Assembly (NCBI RefSeq): GCF_000013905.1
Contig: NC_007969.1
Coordinates: forward strand, 1,290,001-1,322,000
Origin: Psychrobacter cryohalolentis K5
GTDB taxonomy: Bacteria; Pseudomonadota; Gammaproteobacteria; Pseudomonadales; Moraxellaceae
Direction of reading: 5' to 3'
Length of the DNA: 32,000 nt
Position 1 is the first letter of the stretch. The number at the start of each line of letters is the position of its first letter. Below, piece by piece: positions 17,671 through 25,076 of the stretch. The notes below the pieces were generated by a model, which searched no databases, was not told the origin of the DNA, and worked only from the letters and a program-made list of their open reading frames with translations. A program made the position numbers and the translations under genes.

Positions 17671-19611
17671 GTGCGCCAATGGATTGCATTTAGCTTATTG
17701 CTTGTAAGCTCGCTTTTACTGTCTTTGCCAGTATCAGCTGCTGTGCCAACATGCCAAGCACCGATTAAATTTGGGGCATTGACATGGGAGAGTGGTCAGT
17801 TCACAAGCGGTGTATTAAAATATATCATTGAGAGCGGCTATGGCTGTCAGGTAGAGGAGGTGCCGGGAGCAGGTCCTGCACTTGAAACGGCATTGTCGCA
17901 AGATGATATCCAAATCATTGGAGAGCAGTGGGTAGGGCGCTCACCCATCATGACACAAGCTATTGAGCAGAATAAAGTCGCTGTTATTGGTGACACGCTT
18001 AAGGGCGGTGCAACTCAAGGTTGGTATGTTCCTAAATATGTACTGGACGAAAACCCGGGTCTACGCCGTTATCAAGATCTGCCTAAATACGCTGAGCTGT
18101 TTAAAGACCCTGAAAACCCTAGTAAATCACGCTTTATGAACTGTCCATCTGGTTGGACGTGTGAGATTTTTAATACGCGATTGCTGAAAAATACTGGCTT
18201 GGAGAGTGATTTTAACAATGCTCATCCCGGCACAGGCGCAGCCCTTGATGCCGAAATTGCCTCTGCTTTTGAGCAGCATAAGCCACTCTTATTTTATTAC
18301 TGGCAGCCGACAGGTTTGATGGCAAAATACGATTTTGCCGCATTAGAATTTCCAGCCCATGATGATGCCTGCTGGCAAGACTTATTACTTGCTGATGGCA
18401 CAGCTGATTGCGTGTCTGGATTTCCTGTATCGCCTTTAGGTATCGCTGTATCTACCCCGTTTATCAATGCCAATCCTGAGCTTGCAGATGTTTTCAAAAA
18501 AATCCAATTTAGCCCCGCTGAGCTTAATGGTGCTATTTTAGAGATGAGTGAAAGCAAACGTAGCGGGGAGGAGCAAGCCTTTGTTTTTCTGCGTGATAAC
18601 CCCCAAGTTTGGCAGCAGTGGTTATCGGACGAGGCAGCTACCAACCTTGCAGCTAAATTAGGTATTAGTCTAACAGGCGCTACTATCGTGACTGATAATA
18701 CAGCTTCTAGCACGAACCTAGCAGACCTATCATCTATCTTCCCTTCATGGTCACTTGAATCTCCACTGAATAACACCTTAGCCAGCGTCGTTCGCAATCA
18801 TGGCGACGTATTCCGTACGATCAGTACCGTCGCCTTAACGTATTTATTGCTTCCTATTGAGCGCCTATTAACGCTTATCCCACCATGGCTAATTATTGCC
18901 CTTGTGACGGTATTGGCATGGTTTGCTGTACGTAAAATTTGGTTTGCCTTAGCATGTGGTGCTGGGTTGTTCTTGATTGGGGCATTTGGTTTATGGGGCG
19001 CATTGATTGATACCTTGGCATTGCTCATCGTTTCAGTATGGGTAACGGTGGTTATTGGTATTCCTATCGGCATTGCCATGTCAGGAAGTAAGCTATTGCG
19101 TAAGATTGTGACGCCTGTATTAGATGTGATGCAAACCATGCCAAGCTTTGTTTATCTGATACCGGTACTGATGCTATTTGGTATTGGTAAAGTGCCAGCG
19201 CTGTTTGCCACCATTATTTATGCATTACCGCCGCTTATTCGTCTGACGACCTTGGGTATTACTCAAGTGAATCATGAAATGGTGGAAGCAGGACGCTCGT
19301 TTGGCAGTACGCATCTGCAATTGCTTATTTGGATTAAGCTACCACAAGCGCTGCCCAGTATCATGGCAGGGGTGAATCAAGCCGTCATGATGTCACTGTC
19401 TATGGTGGTATTGGCGTCCATGATCGGAGCGCCAGGTCTTGGTGAAGATGTATTGCAATCTATTCAAACGCTCAATATTGGCCAAGGCTTACAAGCAGGT
19501 ACGGCGATTGTCATTGTGGCGATTATCATTGACCGCATTACTCAGGCGTTTGGGCAAGGTAAGCGTGCGCGCCAAAAAACCATTGAAGCTGGTAGACGCC
19601 CGATTGGTTAA
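17671..19611 (+). CDS. Glycine betaine/proline/choline-type ABC importer, fused periplasmic substrate-binding domain (N-terminal) and permease (C-terminal)
   Basis: GTG start with an AGGA SD and a signal peptide (LLLSLPVSA/AV). An OpuAC/ProX-like domain of about 340 aa is followed by a ProW-like permease with 6 TM helices and an EAA-type loop (EAGRSFGSTHLQLLIWIKLPQALPSIMAGVNQ). Confidence 0.88.
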   Translation: MRQWIAFSLLLVSSLLLSLPVSAAVPTCQAPIKFGALTWESGQFTSGVLKYIIESGYGCQVEEVPGAGPALETALSQDDIQIIGEQWVGRSPIMTQAIEQNKVAVIGDTLKGGATQGWYVPKYVLDENPGLRRYQDLPKYAELFKDPENPSKSRFMNCPSGWTCEIFNTRLLKNTGLESDFNNAHPGTGAALDAEIASAFEQHKPLLFYYWQPTGLMAKYDFAALEFPAHDDACWQDLLLADGTADCVSGFPVSPLGIAVSTPFINANPELADVFKKIQFSPAELNGAILEMSESKRSGEEQAFVFLRDNPQVWQQWLSDEAATNLAAKLGISLTGATIVTDNTASSTNLADLSSIFPSWSLESPLNNTLASVVRNHGDVFRTISTVALTYLLLPIERLLTLIPPWLIIALVTVLAWFAVRKIWFALACGAGLFLIGAFGLWGALIDTLALLIVSVWVTVVIGIPIGIAMSGSKLLRKIVTPVLDVMQTMPSFVYLIPVLMLFGIGKVPALFATIIYALPPLIRLTTLGITQVNHEMVEAGRSFGSTHLQLLIWIKLPQALPSIMAGVNQAVMMSLSMVVLASMIGAPGLGEDVLQSIQTLNIGQGLQAGTAIVIVAIIIDRITQAFGQGKRARQKTIEAGRRPIG

Positions 19612-19720
19612 CGATTATTTGCAGACATAATAATGCCTTGTGTCGGTTTTAAAATAACTCAACTACATCAATCAATCTTAATAGATAACAATTCTAAAAA
19701 TAAAAACAAAGAGAACGACA

Positions 19721-20635
19721 ATGAATCATATTCAGCTAGAAAATATCAGTAAGATATATAACGCCAGTCACGCACAAGCAAAAATGGCATTGGCATTGCT
19801 GGCTGAGGGTATGGATAGTATTGCGGTAAAAGAGCAAACCGGCTATTCGGTCGGGCTTTATGATATTAATTTGGCGGTCAAAGCAGGCGAGCTGCATTGT
19901 ATTATGGGGTTGTCAGGCTCCGGCAAGTCAACCTTGATACGTCATATCAATCGTCTGATTGATCCAACCAGTGGCAAGATATTGGTAAATACAGATATCA
20001 ATGCTAAAAACTCTGTGAATAAAATAGTATCTAACTCAGTAGTTACAAATAAAGATGCCTTGCCAATAGAGAAAGGAGAACCATCTTCTGCTATTAATAT
20101 CTTAGCGCTCAATGATAAAGAGCTTCAGCACTATCGTCAGCAAACGGTCAGTATGGTATTTCAGCATTTTGGTCTGGTACCTCATATGACCGTCATTCAA
20201 AACGTCGCCTATGGCTTGCGGGTGCGAAAAATGAGTATCAAGGAGCGTCATGAGGTGGCTCGGCACTGGCTGAATGAAGTTGGTCTATCCAATCTAGAGC
20301 GTAGCTATCCCGATGAGCTGTCAGGTGGCATGCAGCAACGCGTTGGGCTGGCACGTGCTTTGGCAATGGACAATCCTATATTGCTCATGGATGAAGCCTT
20401 TTCGGCGCTCGATCCTTTGATTCGCGCTCAACTACAGGATCAATTATTAGAGCTACAAGCACGATTGAATAAGACGATCGTGTTTATCACCCATGATATT
20501 GATGAAGCTATCAAGGTAGGTCAGCGTATTAGTATTTTGAATGGTGGACGTTTGGTGCAAACAGGCACACCAAGCGACTTACGTCATAATCCCACTGACG
20601 AATATGTAGCTAGATTTATGGGTGCTAAGCACTAG
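19721..20635 (+). CDS. ABC importer ATP-binding subunit, ProV/OpuAA-like but lacking the C-terminal CBS module
   Basis: Walker A GLSGSGKST, Q-loop VFQHF, signature LSGGMQQRV, Walker B ILLMDEAFSALD and H-loop FITHD. The protein ends about 35 aa after the ABC core. Confidence 0.9.
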   Translation: MNHIQLENISKIYNASHAQAKMALALLAEGMDSIAVKEQTGYSVGLYDINLAVKAGELHCIMGLSGSGKSTLIRHINRLIDPTSGKILVNTDINAKNSVNKIVSNSVVTNKDALPIEKGEPSSAINILALNDKELQHYRQQTVSMVFQHFGLVPHMTVIQNVAYGLRVRKMSIKERHEVARHWLNEVGLSNLERSYPDELSGGMQQRVGLARALAMDNPILLMDEAFSALDPLIRAQLQDQLLELQARLNKTIVFITHDIDEAIKVGQRISILNGGRLVQTGTPSDLRHNPTDEYVARFMGAKH

Positions 20636-20638
20636 GTG

Positions 20639-20790
20639 TATATAGTCGATTCATTTTAAAAGCGATACAGTGCTATTGGCTATAAATTTTTTGCAGCCTC
20701 TGTCACGCCTGCGAATAGCAAGCAAGAAAAAATTATAGCCAATAGCACGTTATTACAATCGTATCGCTTTTATTTTGAACTGACTATATA
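20639..20790. repeat. MITE-like long palindromic intergenic element, copy A
   Basis: Terminal inverted repeats TATATAGTC / GACTATATA. Nested stems at 20658-20668/20761-20771 (11 bp) and 20670-20685/20733-20748 (16 bp, perfect). It shares a 21-nt and a 15-nt identical core with copy B. Confidence 0.8.
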
Positions 20791-21000
20791 GCGACTTATG
20801 TCATCGTTATTATTTTCTAAAAGGTAGGTTTTTGCTAAAGTAATCTATCACTCTACTATTTCCATGCTGTTAAAAAAGTGTAGCAGCATCTCTTTTACTA
20901 TTAAAGAAAACTCCATTATCAGTATATACTATTAAGATAGTCTAATATGGAAGTCATATTTAAAGCATGTCATATCTTTATCTAAGCTAAAGCCACTATA

Positions 21001-21042
21001 GGTACAGGTACAGGTACAGATACAGATACAGATACAGATACA
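21001..21042. repeat. Hexanucleotide microsatellite (GGTACA)3(GATACA)4
   Basis: Seven perfect head-to-tail hexamers read directly. It is non-coding, with no ORF of 60 aa or more across it, and lies 199 bp upstream of the msrAB ATG. Confidence 0.95.
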
Positions 21043-21240
21043 GCATTAGGTTTCAACTCTAGCCTCACACTCTATTTATATTTTGTCTTATAGCTTTTAC
21101 TAAGCCTGACTCACCCTTTTACAGTATGTTTATCGCTCCAAAACCTTTACTCATTCACTTTAACTAATAGCGCAAGAAGATCATAAGCTGCCCTATAACC
21201 TTTAGCTTATGGTCGTAAGACTTCGTCAAAAGGATCTCTC

Positions 21241-23076
21241 ATGCCACATAAAAAAAACCATCATGACGCGAATAATCATAATACTAATAGTCATGAAAAT
21301 AAGAACGCTAATGATTTAGCGACAGTCTCACCGCATGCGGTGTCACATTGGTTAAAGAATATCAGTGCGTTTGGTGTCACGACGGTCTTGAGTGCCGGTA
21401 TATTGGTAGCGTGTGGACAGATGAGTAGTGCAGAGAATAACGTCAGTAGTAGCACAAGCAAGCAAAATAGCGGGGTAAAAAGCTCACGTGATATGTTGCC
21501 ATCCGATATGCTCAAAACAATGCAAGCATTGCCGCAGTTGACTAAAGGTTTGGGCAAAAATGGCGCTGCTGTGATTGACCCTAATAAACCCACCTTGGTT
21601 AAGTTTTGGGCGAGCTGGTGCCCATTATGCTTAGGGACTCTAGCAGAAACTGAAGAATGGCGCACGGATTCTAAATTTTCTGGTTTAAATGTCGTCACTG
21701 TGGCAAGTCCCGGTCATCTGAATGAAAAAGCCGATGGCGAATTCAGCACTTGGTATGCTGGCGTGCAAGCCGATTACCCTAAGCTTCCCGTATTGATTGA
21801 TGCCTCAGGTGAGCTGATTAATACGCTTGGCGTACAGGTTTATCCAAGCTGGGCAATACTCGATAAAAACGGTAATTTGGTGCATTTGGTCAAAGGTAAT
21901 ATGTCAGCAGAGCAAGCCTATGCCCTTGCTGAGAATGCCAGTAATGATTTTGCTGAACTCAAAGCTGGTAGTGCTAAGCCTGCAAATGTACAAACATTAG
22001 ATAACAACAGTAAAATTGAGACTATTAAGCAAAATGATGGCGTTTATTATAATGACAAAGGTAAGGCGATTAATACCCGCTCAATCTATCTAGCAGGTGG
22101 CTGTTTCTGGGGCGTAGAAGCCTATATGGAGCGAGTCGACGGTGTCGTAGATGCTGTATCAGGTTATGCCAATGGCGACACAGTCAACCCAAGCTATGAG
22201 CAAGTAATCCGTGGTTCAGGGCATGCCGAAGCAGTCAAAGTCACTTATGATGCTGATAAAACGGATCTTGATACGATTTTAAAATACTATTTCCGCGTGG
22301 TTGATCCAACCAGCTTAAACAAGCAAGGTAATGATCGCGGTGTACAGTATCGTTCAGGCGTTTATTACAGGGACAAAGCAGATAAAGCGGTAGTTGATGC
22401 TGCAATTAAGCGTGTACAAAGCCAATATAAGCAAAAGGTAGTCGTTGAAAACAAAATATTGGACAACTTTTACTTAGCTGAGATGTATCATCAAGATTAT
22501 CTAGCGAAAAATCCGAATGGCTATTGCCATGTTGATTTAAGCCTTGCTGATGACAAGCCTGAAGACACGGCACGTACTAAGCTTGCACCAGTAACTACTG
22601 TCGCTGAGACGTTAGATCCTAAGCGTTATGCTGGGTTTGATAAAGGCGCGCTAAAAAATACTTTGACCAAAGCGCAATATGATATTACTCAAGATGCAGG
22701 CACTGAGCGGGCGTTCAGTCATGAATATGATAACTTGTTTGCACCCGGTGTCTATGTCGATGTGGTCAGCGGTGAGCCTTTATTCTTATCAACCGATAAA
22801 TATGCCTCAGGCTGCGGTTGGCCAAGTTTTACCAAGCCAATTGATAAGCAAGTGATTACTCAGCATGACGATACGGCATTTAATATGGTACGTACTGAGA
22901 TTCGTTCACGAGTGGCGGATTCGCATCTGGGTCATGTGTTCCCTGATGGTCCAAAAGACCGTGGCGGTCTGCGTTATTGCATCAATGGCGGGGCATTGCA
23001 GTTTATCCCAGTCAGTGTGATGCCTCAGTCAGGCTATGCGCCATTGGTCAAACTGGTCAAACCTGCGAAACCTTAG
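21241..23076 (+). CDS. msrAB: Trifunctional thioredoxin-like / methionine-S-sulfoxide reductase (MsrA) / methionine-R-sulfoxide reductase (MsrB) fusion, PilB type; predicted lipoprotein
   Basis: Trx-like FWASWCPLC, MsrA GGCFWG, and MsrB SGCGWPSF ... RYCING. It is collinear with the Neisseria PilB/MsrAB sequence as I remember it ([15 protein letters not shown], YPSWA, [14 protein letters not shown], GLRYCING). Lipobox ILVAC follows a hydrophobic segment. AAGGA SD before ATG 21241. Confidence 0.93.
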   Translation: MPHKKNHHDANNHNTNSHENKNANDLATVSPHAVSHWLKNISAFGVTTVLSAGILVACGQMSSAENNVSSSTSKQNSGVKSSRDMLPSDMLKTMQALPQLTKGLGKNGAAVIDPNKPTLVKFWASWCPLCLGTLAETEEWRTDSKFSGLNVVTVASPGHLNEKADGEFSTWYAGVQADYPKLPVLIDASGELINTLGVQVYPSWAILDKNGNLVHLVKGNMSAEQAYALAENASNDFAELKAGSAKPANVQTLDNNSKIETIKQNDGVYYNDKGKAINTRSIYLAGGCFWGVEAYMERVDGVVDAVSGYANGDTVNPSYEQVIRGSGHAEAVKVTYDADKTDLDTILKYYFRVVDPTSLNKQGNDRGVQYRSGVYYRDKADKAVVDAAIKRVQSQYKQKVVVENKILDNFYLAEMYHQDYLAKNPNGYCHVDLSLADDKPEDTARTKLAPVTTVAETLDPKRYAGFDKGALKNTLTKAQYDITQDAGTERAFSHEYDNLFAPGVYVDVVSGEPLFLSTDKYASGCGWPSFTKPIDKQVITQHDDTAFNMVRTEIRSRVADSHLGHVFPDGPKDRGGLRYCINGGALQFIPVSVMPQSGYAPLVKLVKPAKP

Positions 23077-23102
23077 TAAATAACATGGTTTAATAATTTT
23101 AT

Positions 23103-23139
23103 AAAAAAGACGTTAAGAGTATTCTTAGCGTCTTTTTTA
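23103..23139 (+). terminator. Intrinsic terminator after msrAB
   Basis: AAAAAAGACGTTAAGA-GTAT-TCTTAGCGTCTTTTTT, an 11-bp stem with one G-U pair and a T6 tail, 27 nt past the stop. Confidence 0.85.
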
Positions 23140-23273
23140 TAGGTGATAGGCGGCTAATCATGTGATGAATACTGCTATGAATCGTAGTAATTTTGCTGCA
23201 ATCCATAGTGAACTCTGAAAAATAACCTAAATTTCGTTATACTCAGACGCTTATGATTGTTATATCAGTAATA

Positions 23274-23414
23274 TATATAGTCAAAATACTCTAGAAACGC
23301 TACGGTACTGCTGGTACAAATTTTTTGCAGCCTCTGTCTGCGTAGGCACAGCAAGCAAGAAAAATTGATACCAGCAGTACATAATGTGTCGATATTACTT
23401 TTCATTGACTATAT
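23274..23414. repeat. MITE-like long palindromic intergenic element, copy B
   Basis: Same termini as copy A (TATATAGTC / GACTATAT). Perfect 12-bp stem at 23305-23316/23369-23380. Core blocks identical to copy A at 23318-23338 and 23350-23364. Same orientation as copy A. Confidence 0.8.
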
Positions 23415-23482
23415 CGTTATGTCCATCTATTTGTCGATTGCTTCGTTTAGCGATTTTTCATTTTTGTATTTAAGGCTGTAAC

Positions 23483-24733
23483 ATGACCGTTACCCATATT
23501 ACCCATACTTCTACTACTTTTGAGCCTATTATTACCTCGTTACTTGATAACGACTTGTACAAATTTACGATGCTACAAGCCATGCTACATCAGTTTCCTC
23601 AGACCCATGGTGTCTACCGCTTTCGCTGCCGTAATAACAAAGATGCCGCTTATCCACTTTCTGATATCAAAGAGCAATTAGAGCAGCAACTAGACAGCTT
23701 ATGTGAATTGCGATTTTTAGAAGATGAACTAGAATACTTACGTGGCTTGCGCTTTATGCGTTCAGACTTCGTTGATTACTTGGAATTATTTAAATTAAAA
23801 CGTCGTTTTATCACGGTGACTACCGATGACAAAGGTCGCCTATTTATCGATATCGAAGGTCCGATGATTCAGGCGATGTTCTTCGAAGTATTCGTACTAG
23901 CCATTGTCAACGAGCTATATTTTAAAGTATTAACGGATGCAAGTGTGCTTGAAGAAGGGCAGCGCCGCTTAGAGAAGAAAGTGGAGTTGTTACATCGTTA
24001 TGCTGCCGAACAAGCAGGCAATAGCCGTGATATTCCTCCTTTTATCGTTGCTGATTTTGGTACACGTAGACGGTTTAATAAAGACTGGCAAGCTCATGTG
24101 GTTGAGACTTTGCACAAAGCTGAGCCAAATATAGTGGGCGGCACGTCCAACGTTTATTTGGCAAAAAATCTTGGCATGACGCCCATTGGTACGATGGCAC
24201 ATGAGTTTATGCAGGCATTTCAGGCACTGGATGTGCGCTTACGTGACTCACAAAAAGCCGCACTTGAAGCTTGGGTACATGAATACCGCGGTGATTTGGG
24301 TATTGCGCTGACTGACGTCGTCGGCATGGATGCTTTCTTACGCGATTTTGACTTGTATTTTGCCAAGCTTTTTGATGGTCTGCGTCATGATAGCGGCGAC
24401 CCGTATCTTTGGGGTGATAAGGCGATTGCTCATTATCAAAAGCTAAAAATAGATCCAAGAACCAAAGTGTTAACTTTTAGTGATGGCTTGGATCTGAATA
24501 AGGCGTGGGATTTGCATCAGTATTTTAAAGGTCAAATCAAAACCAGCTTTGGTATTGGCACCAATCTCACCAACGATATGGGCATCACGCCATTGAATAT
24601 TGTTCTGAAATTGGTTGAATGCAACGGTCAGCCAGTGGCTAAACTGTCTGATAGTCCAGGCAAGACAATGATCAATAATGATACCTATCTTGCCTATCTG
24701 CGCCAAGTGTTTGAAGTTGACGAGCCTGAATAG
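23483..24733 (+). CDS. pncB: Nicotinate phosphoribosyltransferase
   Basis: N-terminal [44 protein letters not shown] and FSDGLD blocks are typical of PncB. 416 aa. AAGG SD. Confidence 0.93.
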   Translation: MTVTHITHTSTTFEPIITSLLDNDLYKFTMLQAMLHQFPQTHGVYRFRCRNNKDAAYPLSDIKEQLEQQLDSLCELRFLEDELEYLRGLRFMRSDFVDYLELFKLKRRFITVTTDDKGRLFIDIEGPMIQAMFFEVFVLAIVNELYFKVLTDASVLEEGQRRLEKKVELLHRYAAEQAGNSRDIPPFIVADFGTRRRFNKDWQAHVVETLHKAEPNIVGGTSNVYLAKNLGMTPIGTMAHEFMQAFQALDVRLRDSQKAALEAWVHEYRGDLGIALTDVVGMDAFLRDFDLYFAKLFDGLRHDSGDPYLWGDKAIAHYQKLKIDPRTKVLTFSDGLDLNKAWDLHQYFKGQIKTSFGIGTNLTNDMGITPLNIVLKLVECNGQPVAKLSDSPGKTMINNDTYLAYLRQVFEVDEPE

Positions 24734-24760
24734 CTTTCATTAAAAGCCATTTAGGCACGA

Positions 24761-24802
24761 CAAAACGGCTATTTAGCTCTCGCTTGCAACCGTTTTGTTT
24801 TC
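24761..24802 (+). terminator. Possible terminator for pncB overlapping the 3' end of convergent xseB
   Basis: CAAAACGG (24761-24768) pairs with CCGTTTTG (24790-24797), followed by TTTTC. The 21-nt loop is large, so confidence is low. Confidence 0.3.
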
Positions 24803-25018
24803 TTCAGAGAATGCGGCATCTAAAGCTTGTTGTACTGCGTTAATACGAGTCTCGCAAATGTGATAAGCGGCAATCGATTCTTCAACAGTGGTCATGAGAT
24901 TATCAATATCAGGCTCATCTTGTTGCTGCAATTCAGCAGCATTGGTTTTTAAGATATCGTAGGCCGCCTTAAAAGTTTTTGGGGCGGCTTTTTTGCGTTT
25001 ACGTATAGGGGTAGTCAT
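24773..25018 (-). CDS. xseB: Exodeoxyribonuclease VII small subunit
   Basis: 81 aa helical protein with the F(K/E)xAxxxLxxIVxxLE-type N-terminal pattern (FKAAYDILKTNAAELQQ), lying directly downstream of xseA. AGGAAA SD. Confidence 0.88.
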   Translation of the reverse strand: MTTPIRKRKKAAPKTFKAAYDILKTNAAELQQQDEPDIDNLMTTVEESIAAYHICETRINAVQQALDAAFSEENKTVASES

Positions 25019-25076
25019 AAGGTTTCCTAATATCTAAAGTAAAAGTAATAAATAATCGTGAAATATTATTATGGGG

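Noticed and set aside
18297-19139. Two adjacent minus-strand ORFs (166 and 113 aa) inside the ABC binding-protein/permease gene
   Set aside because: These are shadow ORFs antisense to a gene with clear domain motifs. They have no start context and a low-complexity composition.
21001-21042. Hexamer array as a CRISPR-like or coding (Gly-Thr/Asp-Thr) repeat
   Set aside because: The units are contiguous with no spacers and are only 6 bp long. No ORF of 60 aa or more spans them in any frame. It is a plain microsatellite.
21291-21698. 135-aa minus-strand ORF overlapping the 5' part of msrAB
   Set aside because: It is antisense to the Trx-like domain, whose motif WASWCPLC is in frame on the plus strand. 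There is no independent support.
20639-23414. Reading the two palindromic elements as integron attC sites, with msrAB as a gene cassette
   Set aside because: I cannot find the RYYYAAC / GTTRRRY core sites at the element boundaries. No intI or attI is present in the window. The enclosed segment has a 450-bp leader and its own terminator, unlike compact promoterless cassettes. I kept only the weaker 'bracketed locus' observation.
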